A program made the translations under genes and the position numbers. A stretch of 33,335 nucleotides of DNA from Candidatus Limnocylindrus sp. GTDB lineage: Bacteria; Chloroflexota; Limnocylindria; Limnocylindrales; Limnocylindraceae. Location of the stretch: assembly GCA_040397175.1 (NCBI GenBank), contig JBBAWM010000007.1:1-33335 (forward strand), given 5' to 3'. Positions 8,379 to 18,233 of this stretch are shown one piece after another (positions within the stretch are counted from its first letter, which is position 1; each line of letters begins with the position of its first letter). The notes beneath the pieces were generated by a model. It saw only the letters and a program-made list of their open reading frames with translations. It was not told the DNA's origin and searched no databases.

Positions 8379-10049
8379 CTATTGTCCTGGGGCGAGAGTC
8401 AGTACGTTGACGGCTTCTTGAATGCCGGTAATCAACCTTTGAAATCTGGCGATGGGTGCTTCTTCGGCTTTTCCGTCACCAATCTGCACAATCACTTTGC
8501 AGCGTTCTTTGCGGTTGTCGGTGATCACAATGTTTTCGATGTAGTCGGTGTACAGGGTGCCGTTCTCCGCGATGGACATCATGCCGCCGGGGAAGATGTC
8601 TTTCCCGACGCTGTACGGAAATCCGTTTCTGAACTGGCACACCGCTGATCGGTATCCGCGACTATCAAACATCGCCGAAATGAAACTAAATAGGGCGTCG
8701 ATATTGAAGGGAGCAGCACCGGTAGAGACGAACTTTTCTGGCCGGCCGTAGGGGCCCATGTCGTTGCGGCGGTTAAAGTTCTCTACAAGCTGGAAGGAAA
8801 GCAGCACGTCGTTAAACAACCCGTCAAACAGATTCGATGGGATACCGGTCAAACCGATCACGATCATTATGCAATCAAGAATCCAGGAAGTTGTTGCGTT
8901 GATCACGTCGTTCAGCCACTTGGGACTCTTGCCGCCCACGATGATCTGCCAACCTTGCGGATGATGGTCAACAATCTCGTAACCTTCAAGCGGTCCACGC
9001 GGATGATCAATAAGCAGGGTCCACGGCACCACATAGTTCACGCCGATACCGGGTGCAATGTAAACACCGTCCGGGGCGTACAAGCCATCCGGGTTCAACA
9101 GAGGGGACAACACCCCACCAAGCATTGACTCTTCCAGGTTCACCAACTGCTTGATCACCGAATCAAGGATTGTGTTGGTGGGCCCGACGACGTTAGAGCG
9201 GTCGGTCACACGAACGACATAAGTGGGCAGGTGAAGGTTTGCGAACGAATCGGGTTGCGGATCGCCCGGAAGCCACAACTCCACATCCACTGTGACGCCA
9301 TACGACTTCACCAGCTTGTCGATGACCACCGCCACCGGCTCCATGCGCGAGGTGATCGACACCAGCGGCGAAGTATCCAACAGCGGGTTGGTATGCACCA
9401 CATAAATCGGGGTGGACAGAACATCAAGGACATTGCCTTGAGCCTCAAGCAAAGTGCCGAACCATGCCCGCCAGTCCAGGTTCCCCGAACCCAGATTGTT
9501 GACCAGTTCCCACATACCCGACTGCATCCGAAACGCTTGCTCCGCAATCATCACTTCAATGGCGGTACACAGCGGAGCAAAGTAGACGGCCCGGGATGGG
9601 ATCTGGGCTTGTATTGGGAGCAAAAAATTGGGCCAGACGAGCAGGTAGGACAGGTAATCGAACAGGCCAAGTGCTTTGATCTGTAACGTTTTCTGTCCAG
9701 CGTCCAGCTTGTAGGTGGCGGTGTCCACGGTGTACGCCCACCGCAACGCACCCACTTCTACCGTCAACCCAACGACTTCGGTGCGACACTTCCTCAGCAA
9801 CGGCAACAACGGGTCGGTGCCCTTGAACGTCATCTGCAACACCGGAACACCGTTGCGTGGATGTGATGCAGTTAAGTCAATGTAGTCGTGGGATTCCCCG
9901 ATGGGTTTCCAAAACTTGTCGTACACGGTGACGGTGATCTGGGTGGGTTCAGCAGCTTTCGTCCGGGCAACCAGCGTTGACAGGGCAACCGCATTGGAAC
10001 CAGTGGATGCCAGCGCCGACTTCAACTGGTCTGGGGTTACAGCGGCCAT
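8379..10049 (-). CDS. Minor tail protein, baseplate hub (Gp37-like, 556 aa)
   Basis: Second gene after the tape measure. Motifs VYDKFWKP, LVWPNFLLPIQAQ.P, IIVGGKSPKWLND and VQIGDG fit the conserved actinophage hub. Confidence 0.85.
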   Translation of the reverse strand: MAAVTPDQLKSALASTGSNAVALSTLVARTKAAEPTQITVTVYDKFWKPIGESHDYIDLTASHPRNGVPVLQMTFKGTDPLLPLLRKCRTEVVGLTVEVGALRWAYTVDTATYKLDAGQKTLQIKALGLFDYLSYLLVWPNFLLPIQAQIPSRAVYFAPLCTAIEVMIAEQAFRMQSGMWELVNNLGSGNLDWRAWFGTLLEAQGNVLDVLSTPIYVVHTNPLLDTSPLVSITSRMEPVAVVIDKLVKSYGVTVDVELWLPGDPQPDSFANLHLPTYVVRVTDRSNVVGPTNTILDSVIKQLVNLEESMLGGVLSPLLNPDGLYAPDGVYIAPGIGVNYVVPWTLLIDHPRGPLEGYEIVDHHPQGWQIIVGGKSPKWLNDVINATTSWILDCIMIVIGLTGIPSNLFDGLFNDVLLSFQLVENFNRRNDMGPYGRPEKFVSTGAAPFNIDALFSFISAMFDSRGYRSAVCQFRNGFPYSVGKDIFPGGMMSIAENGTLYTDYIENIVITDNRKERCKVIVQIGDGKAEEAPIARFQRLITGIQEAVNVLTLAPGQ

Positions 10050-11743
10050 CGTCGCCTAGGCGTCAACGCCGCCACCACTTTAGAGTTGGCGTTACCGTCA
10101 TCAATCTTGATAAAGATTTGGCTGGTCGTTGGTTCCGATCCCGGAGACTTGGCCGGCACCGCCTTCGTGAACCGGCCTGTTAGGTACGAATACAGGTTGC
10201 CTTGGGGCGGAAGAATCCCAAACAGCGATTCAAACTGCTGTAACAGTGGCGGCACATTGTTGTTCGATGCGAACGACACCAACGCTTTGATCAGTTGCTG
10301 AAACACGTTCAACTCTTGAGCGGTGGACACCGTGTCTGGGGTTAGATCAACCACGGAGCGCCGGCGGGGTTCCGTCTCAATCAACACAATCTGGCCGTCT
10401 AGCAACGGCCCGAACTGGACGGTGTCGCTGCTATCAGGTCCGTTACCGATGTTGAACATCCCCGGCCCATACAAAAGGTATCGGGGCCACGCCTCAACAT
10501 CGCCTGTGTTAGTCAGGGATGCATACCCAGACTGCGACACCGTGGAGTTATCGCCCGAGGAAATCTTGCGGACACTCGCCGGGGTGGCTTGGGTGAGGAT
10601 CGCCAGCGCCGCCGACATCCCGAACCCGATCCCCCGGTGGGTGGAGTTCAACACCGACCCGGTGCCTTCTTCCTTGAACGCCAACGTGTCAAACCCGTTG
10701 CGAAGAACTTTGAACAGTCGGGTGTCGCCTTCAAAGCCACACAGCAGCGTCCACTTATCCCCCAGCAGCGGCGGGATCACTAGGAACCGTTCGGCCAGCA
10801 ACGTGGGGCCGAAGTTGTTGAACCGATGCAACGACACGTACCCGAATCCAAACCGTGCCCGGATGCCGTTGCCGTTCCAGGTGCCGTCGGTGTTGCGGCC
10901 CATTCGGCCCCAAATGTCGTTAAAGGCCGACTTCGGCAATGACACTTCGGGAATCGTGCCCAACACAATGTTGATCACTTGGTTGTCAGTGTCGGTGGAA
11001 AAGTCTTTGTACGGTCCTGCCACCACCTCGCGGGAGAAGTAGGCAGTGCCGTCACGCCACCGAGCTTGCGAACCGTCCGCGTAGATGTTGCCGCGATCAG
11101 CGTTAGGTGGCTGGTCGTAACGCAGCGGCCAGTTCGTACCCAACGTTGTGGCGGTCAGGCTGCCGGCCGTGAAGTTGAAGGTTTCGGTCATGTCTTCGTA
11201 GGCGAACTCAAACACGCCTACCGAATCGTAGGACCGCCAGAAGGCGTCATCGATGCGGGCAGACCAAATGAACCGCTGCCGATTGGCTTGGGCACGCATC
11301 AACGCCTCACCCGGTGCTTTCAACCAGCGCACCGGAGCCCACCACAAACCCTGCTCTGGGGTAAACACATGAAGTTCGCCCTGCTGCTTTGAATCCCACG
11401 CCGCCACCCAGTCCCGAATGACCTTGCGGGTACCCGCTGGGGTTACGCCCTGGGCTTCGACGACCATATCGATTTCGGCGGCTTCGTAGATGGCGTCATT
11501 GAAGGTGACACCGTCCTGGTTGGCCCCGGCCTGATCCAGCAACTTCCAGTTCGGGATTAACCCTTTGATGGATTCGCGTCCAATCGTGACGCCTTCCTGC
11601 ACGCCCGCCGCCGGAGCCATCGGACCCATCAGGTGGAACACCGCCGAGTCGTCATAGGAAACATAGGAGATGTGGGGTTCTTTGCCTTCAAGCAGTCGGC
11701 GGGCACCGTTAGGGGTGAGTTCCCCAGGCGGGTAGGAGATCAT
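10037..11743 (-). CDS. Distal tail (Dit-like) minor tail protein with inserted domain (568 aa)
   Basis: First gene after the tape measure. GLWWAPVRW...FWRSYDS and TNTGDVEAWPRY motifs flank a large insertion. Confidence 0.85.
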   Translation of the reverse strand: MISYPPGELTPNGARRLLEGKEPHISYVSYDDSAVFHLMGPMAPAAGVQEGVTIGRESIKGLIPNWKLLDQAGANQDGVTFNDAIYEAAEIDMVVEAQGVTPAGTRKVIRDWVAAWDSKQQGELHVFTPEQGLWWAPVRWLKAPGEALMRAQANRQRFIWSARIDDAFWRSYDSVGVFEFAYEDMTETFNFTAGSLTATTLGTNWPLRYDQPPNADRGNIYADGSQARWRDGTAYFSREVVAGPYKDFSTDTDNQVINIVLGTIPEVSLPKSAFNDIWGRMGRNTDGTWNGNGIRARFGFGYVSLHRFNNFGPTLLAERFLVIPPLLGDKWTLLCGFEGDTRLFKVLRNGFDTLAFKEEGTGSVLNSTHRGIGFGMSAALAILTQATPASVRKISSGDNSTVSQSGYASLTNTGDVEAWPRYLLYGPGMFNIGNGPDSSDTVQFGPLLDGQIVLIETEPRRRSVVDLTPDTVSTAQELNVFQQLIKALVSFASNNNVPPLLQQFESLFGILPPQGNLYSYLTGRFTKAVPAKSPGSEPTTSQIFIKIDDGNANSKVVAALTPRRRWPL

Positions 11744-14700
11744 CGTGGACCGCCCGCACCGTTAGCCACCATGCCGTGCCACGCCACCTGATCGGCTATC
11801 GACCTGCCGCCGTCCGGGGTGTAGTTGTTCATCTGTTCCACGTTGACCATCGGTGCATTAGGTTGAGTGGTCTGCTGATTTAGCGCAGCGGCCTGCTCCG
11901 GTGTTTGCGCCGGGGCCGGTTGGCCGGCCGGTGCGCTTTGATCCCCCGCCTTGTTCGGCAGTGCAGGCTTCGCCCCTGCAAACCCGGAAGCGATCTTGCC
12001 CACCCATGAATTGCCGGGATCGGCAATTGGGGAGCCGTGCGGCAGGAACGTTTCCAACAACCCACCCACACCAATACCGGCTAGCTGCCCTGCGTAGGCG
12101 GCGGTGCGGTTCGCTAACTGCACACCGATCTGCGCGGCCTGCCCAGCACCCGGGGCGATAGCATTCAAGGCGGGTGCTGCCGCGCCCACCGCAGTGGTGA
12201 TGGCCTGCATCGGCAGACCACCCAAGCCTTGGAAACCGTCACCGCCCTGCACGGACTGCGGCACTGAATTCATATCGGTGACAGGCCCGCCTTCGGCGTA
12301 ACCCTTGACCGCAGAAGCAACCCCGCCCGGGCCACCCATACCGTTGACAGTGTCGGCCGGCAACACGTATTCGCCGTTTGACAGCATCGCAGGAATGTTG
12401 TCACTGGTACCAGTTCCGGGACCGACAACACCGCCACCCAACGGACCCGGCCCGATGTTGCCCAACACGCTTCCCGTAGCGGCTAGGTTTTGGGCACCCA
12501 TCATGCCGATCAAACCAGAGCCGCCCTGAATTGGGTTCGCCGCCGATACCGCTGACAGTTGCCCGATCATCGGGGCGAACGCCATATTTGCCAGCATGGT
12601 CGTCAGATACTTGGCGATACCCGGTAGGCCTTCGGAGATCCCGAAGTCATCGGCCAGGGGCGCACCCACATCCCCGAGTCCCTTACCGGCTTTGGCTTGC
12701 TGTGCTTTCTGGGCTTCGCGGAAGGTGCCGAGTTTAGCTTCTGCTAGAGCGGCCTGGGCTTCCTGTGCGTTATCGGTGACTTCGCTAAGACGCTTCTCCG
12801 CATCCGCAACATTCTTGGCGGCGTCGGCCCGCTGCTTGCTGTCAGAAGTCAGATCGTTTTCAATCTCAACCTGCCGTGCCTTCGCTTCCGCTATCGCTTC
12901 GTTAGCTTTGTTGATGTTGTCCAAAGCGTTTTCGTACTGCTTGGTTTGCGACTTCACCCGGCCAGAGTCAGGAAGGAACGTTCCCGCCTTGCCGTACTCG
13001 TTGTACCCGGCTGTTGATCCGGCCGGCACTGGGGCGTACTGCGGCCCGAACGGGGAAGGCACCATCTGCACCGGGGTGGTGGTAGCACTAGCGGGGCCAA
13101 CATCCGCAGCGGAAGGGAAGTCAGCAACAGACGGGGATGACGGGGCTAAACCCGGACCCACATTTGACGGTGCGGCAGTAGGCCCAACCGGTGCGACTCC
13201 CGGTGTCCGGTTTTCCGGTTGACCAGGCAGAGGATTGTTTCGGCTACCCGGTGCGCCGTGCGGCCCGTTATACGACGACATTGATTGGCCTGGAAGCGGT
13301 ATCGGTGACGATTGGCGCGTGTGGACGTGAATGTTGTTGGGGTCGTTACCGCCATGCTCGTCATACGTCTTCTGGTCGTAATAGCCAGGATTGATGACGC
13401 CGCCACCGATGCCTGTCTTTTGGTGCGTAACAGGGTTTTCAAAGATGACCTGTTCCATTGACTGCGGAATGGTCTTCAGGTAGTCGGAGAACCGTTGCAG
13501 GTTTTCCGTTGGACCGGTCCAGTCGATCCCACGATTCAAGTGGTTGGGGTTGGGTGCGTAACCCGACTCTTTGCGGTCATCTTCTTGGTGCTTCGCATAG
13601 GTGCTGGGTTTGATCCCGAACGCCACCGCAATGTCATTAACCCAGGTTGGGAACTGCGCCCCACTGCCGCCGTAGCCGCCACTGTTCGTGCCAGTCGGAA
13701 GACCATAGGAACCGGGCATTCCTGTAGGACCGCTACCACTGGAAGCAGTACTGCTTGTTCCGGCACCGCCTGTGTCAGGCGAACTATCGAAGTGGCCGCC
13801 ACCACCGACCCAACCTGTCGGGCCAAGCCCAAACGCCGACATGATGTCACCGATGATGCCGTCATCGTTTCGCAGCTTATTGAACTCCAAAGCTATGCTG
13901 GCGATGGTGTTGACGGCCAAATCTTGGGTGCTGATCAGTGTTTCGTTCAGCCAGTTGAAGAAGCTAGTCGCAGCGGGTTTCAAGAAGCTGCCGAACTGGT
14001 TAGACAGTTTGCGCCACGACTCCGAGAAATCGTCAGTCGCCTTTGTTGCGTCGTCAATGCTGTTCTTGGTGTTGTCGACTGACGTGGGGAGCTTGTCGAT
14101 TTCGAAGCGGCCTTCGATGATGGATTTCAGGATCGGCCCGAATCCTTTTCCGAAATACTGTTCGGCTAAATCCCTAGCACCACCAGCACCCAGATCGTTC
14201 CCGGCGTCGTGTAGGGCTTTGATTTGGGTGACCATGTCCCGCAAGCCTTGCGCCGGGTCTTGGCCCGCAGCATTCAGTTTTTTGAACGCCGCCGTCAAAC
14301 CGCGCAACGCCTGATCGGCCGGCACACCGGCCTGCTCAAACAACGCAATCGTGGCTGCGGCCTGCGTGGCCGACATACCAAACCCAGACAAAACTGTGCC
14401 ACCCTTGTCCAGGGTGGCAATCAGATCATTGACCGGGATGCCCATGCTCTGGAACGTGCCATACAGTTCGTTCAGGAATGGGATCTGATGTTGGGCGTCG
14501 ACCTTGAACATTCGGAAAATCATTCCGAGACCGCGCACATTGGTCTGCTCTCCGGTCAGATTGTTAAGTTGCGCCAGTTGCTTCATCATCGCGCCGAGTT
14601 CGTTACCGGACAGACGCAGAGACTGCACCGACTGGGCGGCGATGTTCCCAAGTTGTTCGTGGGTGGCGGCGGTGCTGATACCAACCTTCTCTACCTGATA

Positions 14701-15315
14701 GGTGATCGCCTGAAGCTCCGCACCGACCTTGCCGGTTCTTGCGGTGATGCCATCGGAGATGTCGTCCCACGCCTTGCCCATGTCATACAGCTTGTTCGCT
14801 GCGGCAATAGCACCGACCGCGAGTGCGGCGAACCCGCCAATAGCGACACCCATTGCCAACCCAACACCACTCAACGATGAAGCCAGCGACGTGGCCTGCG
14901 ACGTTAGCCCGCCGATACGCGTACCGGCAGTCATGTTGTTCAGTGTTGCCAACATTGACCCCGCAGACTTATCGGCCTGCTGGAAAGTGTTTGCGGTGTC
15001 GCGGACAGCCCGTTCCGTTTCGCGGGTGACCTTCGCTAACCGTTCCTGCTGAGCGATCAGCTTCGCCCCGCCCGTGCCCCTCTCCTGCAACTCGTTGAGC
15101 TTCTGCTGCTCAACCCGCAACTTACCGGCAGCATCCGCAGCCTTATCAAACGACTTCTGCAATTCCGTGGAGTTGGTGATCGACTTTGAAAACGACTTGG
15201 AGAACCCTGTTCCGGCTTGCTCACCGGCCCGGGCGAAATGCTTCTGCACGGTGGTGGATGAATCACGCAGGGAACCGTCAACAACCTTGGTGATCACGTC
15301 AAGCGTTATCGCCAC
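11740..15315 (-). CDS. Tape measure protein (1191 aa)
   Basis: Longest ORF, follows the tail chaperones. Ala/Gly-rich helical N-half, GPGTGTSDNIPAMLSNGEYV motif, embedded H..D..HxH domain. Confidence 0.95.
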   Translation of the reverse strand: MAITLDVITKVVDGSLRDSSTTVQKHFARAGEQAGTGFSKSFSKSITNSTELQKSFDKAADAAGKLRVEQQKLNELQERGTGGAKLIAQQERLAKVTRETERAVRDTANTFQQADKSAGSMLATLNNMTAGTRIGGLTSQATSLASSLSGVGLAMGVAIGGFAALAVGAIAAANKLYDMGKAWDDISDGITARTGKVGAELQAITYQVEKVGISTAATHEQLGNIAAQSVQSLRLSGNELGAMMKQLAQLNNLTGEQTNVRGLGMIFRMFKVDAQHQIPFLNELYGTFQSMGIPVNDLIATLDKGGTVLSGFGMSATQAAATIALFEQAGVPADQALRGLTAAFKKLNAAGQDPAQGLRDMVTQIKALHDAGNDLGAGGARDLAEQYFGKGFGPILKSIIEGRFEIDKLPTSVDNTKNSIDDATKATDDFSESWRKLSNQFGSFLKPAATSFFNWLNETLISTQDLAVNTIASIALEFNKLRNDDGIIGDIMSAFGLGPTGWVGGGGHFDSSPDTGGAGTSSTASSGSGPTGMPGSYGLPTGTNSGGYGGSGAQFPTWVNDIAVAFGIKPSTYAKHQEDDRKESGYAPNPNHLNRGIDWTGPTENLQRFSDYLKTIPQSMEQVIFENPVTHQKTGIGGGVINPGYYDQKTYDEHGGNDPNNIHVHTRQSSPIPLPGQSMSSYNGPHGAPGSRNNPLPGQPENRTPGVAPVGPTAAPSNVGPGLAPSSPSVADFPSAADVGPASATTTPVQMVPSPFGPQYAPVPAGSTAGYNEYGKAGTFLPDSGRVKSQTKQYENALDNINKANEAIAEAKARQVEIENDLTSDSKQRADAAKNVADAEKRLSEVTDNAQEAQAALAEAKLGTFREAQKAQQAKAGKGLGDVGAPLADDFGISEGLPGIAKYLTTMLANMAFAPMIGQLSAVSAANPIQGGSGLIGMMGAQNLAATGSVLGNIGPGPLGGGVVGPGTGTSDNIPAMLSNGEYVLPADTVNGMGGPGGVASAVKGYAEGGPVTDMNSVPQSVQGGDGFQGLGGLPMQAITTAVGAAAPALNAIAPGAGQAAQIGVQLANRTAAYAGQLAGIGVGGLLETFLPHGSPIADPGNSWVGKIASGFAGAKPALPNKAGDQSAPAGQPAPAQTPEQAAALNQQTTQPNAPMVNVEQMNNYTPDGGRSIADQVAWHGMVANGAGGPR

Positions 15316-15695
15316 TAGGTTGCTCCTTCCCGCGTAGTTCGTTTAATGCGTCTTGGTGTCGACGGTTTCTGTACTCGTCTTCGGAGTTCTCCACGAAGGT
15401 CTGCATCGGGGACTTCAACATGGCCGGCACATAGCCCTTACCGTCTGCCCGAGATAACGCCACTTCGTTGACCAGGCGGGCCTGCACATACTGTTCGTCG
15501 GACCAGTCACCGCCACGAACCGCCCACGTCTTAAACGACGATTCATCCGGTAAACCATCAAGCAGTGCAATCAGGCGGCGTGAATCCATGTCACCGGTAA
15601 ACCAGTCACGGATGTCTAGGCGGTAGAAGCGCAGTAAATCGGATTCGATTTCCCGGGAGAACACACACCAGAGGGCGAAAGCGTCAGACGCTTTT
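15299..15695 (-). CDS. Tail assembly chaperone C-terminal extension (gpT-like), reached by frameshift
   Basis: Overlaps the end of 15684-16184 in the +1 frame. EIESDLLRFYRLDIRDW...MDSRRLIALLDGLP is the typical actinophage gpT pattern. Confidence 0.85.
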
Positions 15696-16184
15696 GGAAT
15701 CTCCCTGGGTCTCCCGGTTCTTCCGCCACTGCGCGAACTCGTCATCCATCTGCGCCATCAGCATCGTCACTAACCCGTAGGTTCCGCCGGCTGCTTCGAA
15801 CCGCTGCGCTTTGCCCTCACCCCACAGCGCAGCCAGATAGCGGGACTCAAATGGCTGTGCTACCGGCTTGCCTTTGATGCGGTGCGGGACTTTCAGCACC
15901 TTCTCCGTGAGTGGCTTACCGGTTTCCGGGTGGGTGATGATGTCGTTGGTGAGTGGGTTTTGCACTTCCACGTCTTCGTGGTCAAGGGTTTTCACCCACT
16001 CGTCCAGTTCCGACATCGCTTTGATCTGCTCCGGTGACCACAACACTTTGGCGCGGATGTCGTACACTTCGCCGTCGTGTTCGATCTCTTTGACACCTTC
16101 AAACCCGAAGTACTGGGTCACTTGGGTTACCGCATCCTCAAGGGAAAGGCGGCGGCGGGTTGTTGCTTCATCATGCACAGACAT
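15684..16184 (-). CDS. Tail assembly chaperone (gpG-like, 166 aa)
   Basis: Between major tail and tape measure genes; AAAGGA RBS; ends in GAT TCC AAA AGC GTC TGA. Confidence 0.88.
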   Translation of the reverse strand: MSVHDEATTRRRLSLEDAVTQVTQYFGFEGVKEIEHDGEVYDIRAKVLWSPEQIKAMSELDEWVKTLDHEDVEVQNPLTNDIITHPETGKPLTEKVLKVPHRIKGKPVAQPFESRYLAALWGEGKAQRFEAAGGTYGLVTMLMAQMDDEFAQWRKNRETQGDSKSV

Positions 16185-16236
16185 GGGCTGTCCTTTACTA
16201 GGGCTTAAACAACAATGGTGGGTTGGTTAGTGGTGA

Positions 16237-16306
16237 CTCGCCGGGTGGACGCCAGCCCACCGAGGGCACGCAGAATGCGAAGCCCCGGAAACATCCACCC
16301 GGCGAG
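16237..16306 (-). terminator. Stem-loop after the major tail gene (terminator, attenuator or stabiliser)
   Basis: Perfect 13-bp inverted repeat, 16237-16249 with 16294-16306, enclosing a smaller hairpin. No U-tract. Confidence 0.6.
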
Positions 16307-16313
16307 AGACTAT

Positions 16314-17321
16314 TTACGACGTGGTGATGCTGTTTGACACCGAAGACGTGGCGGTCTGGCCGCTCGTCGCGGTGGCGATCACCTGGAAGGTGTAACTCGT
16401 CGCCGTCGTCAAACCGGTCACCGGGATGGTGACAGTGTTGCCCGACACCGTGGGTGCGGTGGTGGTGGCGGTGGTGAACGCACCTGCACCGGTCTTGCGC
16501 TGCACCACATAGGTCAGCGCATCAGGCTGAGGATCAGCCGTCAGACGCGGCTTGGTGAACGCCACCGACGCAGTAGTGGCGGCGGAGGTGGTAGCCACCG
16601 GGGCGGCACCCCACACCAGCACACCGGCCTGGTTGCGCCACGACAACCCGTCACGAACCAGATACACCGGGGTGTCAACGAACGGGCAGATCAGCGCACC
16701 GTAGGTCAGTTCCAGGTCGTCGGGGTCTTTGCGGTTCAGTTGGGTCTTGCCAACCTTCTTTCGGCTGACCCGGGGGAAAACGTAGGCGAACCGCTGGTTG
16801 CCGTCTTCGGCTAGGGCGACGATCTGCCGTTCGATCAGATCCGACTCCGAAGGCTTCACCGAGGTGTAGCCGGGAGCGCCCGCATCCGCGATGCTTGCCA
16901 GTGGAAGGTCAAACCGCAGAGCATCCACCACCGGGTTGCTCTCGCGGCACGTCCACATGATCTCGTCGTTCTCATCGGTGATGTCGAACCGCTGAGCGCG
17001 ACGAGCCTGCGCAATCTTCACGCCCTCAACGGACACATCCGGGGTGATCATCACGCCGTCGTCCTTCAGCGAACCGACATCGTAGAACTGTCCACCGTCC
17101 AAGGCGGGTTCCAGCAGATCGGAACGGTACAGACCGTCCGTGGCGAACGGGGTGAACCAGCCGGCGGCGTTCAGACCGACAGCGTCGTTCTTCAGGTTGG
17201 TGGTGGGGCCGAAGTAGTCACGGATCAGGATGTTCGTGATCAGTGCTTTGCGGATACCCAACGGGTTGTAGCTGTTGCCGTAAGCGGCGGACCACTCGAC
17301 ACCAGTTGATTGCAGGGGCAT
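16314..17321 (-). CDS. Major tail protein with C-terminal fibronectin-III-like domain (335 aa)
   Basis: Strong GAAAGGA RBS; position between terminator and chaperone genes; C-terminal VTGLTTATSYTFQVIA...S..SN is an FN3 signature. Confidence 0.9.
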   Translation of the reverse strand: MPLQSTGVEWSAAYGNSYNPLGIRKALITNILIRDYFGPTTNLKNDAVGLNAAGWFTPFATDGLYRSDLLEPALDGGQFYDVGSLKDDGVMITPDVSVEGVKIAQARRAQRFDITDENDEIMWTCRESNPVVDALRFDLPLASIADAGAPGYTSVKPSESDLIERQIVALAEDGNQRFAYVFPRVSRKKVGKTQLNRKDPDDLELTYGALICPFVDTPVYLVRDGLSWRNQAGVLVWGAAPVATTSAATTASVAFTKPRLTADPQPDALTYVVQRKTGAGAFTTATTTAPTVSGNTVTIPVTGLTTATSYTFQVIATATSGQTATSSVSNSITTS

Positions 17322-17418
17322 AACTATTTCCTTTCAAGGGGAGAATGTGCATTGCCCTGCACCAGAGCAAGGCCGAGAGACCGAACAGTTAGTTCGGGTT
17401 GCGGTGGGCTGAAGTCTT

Positions 17419-17811
17419 TTAGCGAAACCGAATGTCGATGCTGTAGCGGGCAACGAATCGGCTGATCGGGGCGGCTTCGGTGAAGTTCACCCAAATAGGT
17501 CTCTGCGATGTAGTGCAGGAATCCACCCACACCACCGTGTTGTTGGACAGTGTGACGCGCTGCTGCGGAGCGAACGGCGGGCCAAGCTTCTGCATCCGCT
17601 GATGCGTCAACGATGCTTGCGTTTCGGCCTGCTCATAAGTGCCGGCGAACGTGGAGATTTGGTAGATGGCTGAGTCGGTGACCTTGTCATCTGATCCGGC
17701 GACACACTCCACCAGCCGGAACGGCAACACCGCGCCTGGGGAGCGTTGGGCACCCACTTCGCCCAACGGTTTCAACCAGGCAATGACTAATTCAACACCG
17801 GAAACAATCAC
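17419..17811 (-). CDS. Tail terminator protein (130 aa)
   Basis: Synteny; ELVIAWLKPLG...LPFRLV..VAGSDD...RFVARY pattern. Confidence 0.8.
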   Translation of the reverse strand: MIVSGVELVIAWLKPLGEVGAQRSPGAVLPFRLVECVAGSDDKVTDSAIYQISTFAGTYEQAETQASLTHQRMQKLGPPFAPQQRVTLSNNTVVWVDSCTTSQRPIWVNFTEAAPISRFVARYSIDIRFR

Positions 17812-18233
17812 TTCTTACCCCGCAGATCAGCGATCAACGGCATACCGAACCGCCCCAAAGCAGCCTTCAATTCGTCGCGGGACAAATCGTCGTCATCGAG
17901 AACGTCTTGCACCATCTGCTCATCGCCACCGAAGTGTGCGGCGGTCTTGGCCCGAGGGGCCATAGCCTCTGTGGGCCCAGGCTGCCCGGTGCCGTACTCA
18001 ATCCAGTGCGCTTTAAAGTCGGTGGCACCCACCCCAACCCCGGGCATCCCTTTGTGGGTGAACCTGCGTTTGTACACCTTCACCGACGCCGCATAGACGC
18101 CGTCATCAATGGGTGACACTGAGCGCCAGTAGTCACGAACCTGAAGGGCAAGTTTCTGCAATTCCTGCCGTGTCTCAGCGGACGCCGCCGCCTGCGCGTA
18201 AATCTGCGCTTCAATCTCATTGCGGGAAGTCAT
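17808..18233 (-). CDS. HK97 gp10-like neck/tail completion protein (141 aa)
   Basis: YWRSVSPIDDG.Y and KAHWIEYGT motifs; synteny. Confidence 0.8.
   Translation of the reverse strand: MTSRNEIEAQIYAQAAASAETRQELQKLALQVRDYWRSVSPIDDGVYAASVKVYKRRFTHKGMPGVGVGATDFKAHWIEYGTGQPGPTEAMAPRAKTAAHFGGDEQMVQDVLDDDDLSRDELKAALGRFGMPLIADLRGKK

Noticed and set aside
8369-8386. ATAGGAGCCC resembling the cluster K start-associated sequence
   Set aside because: Single partial copy, adequately explained as an ordinary RBS.
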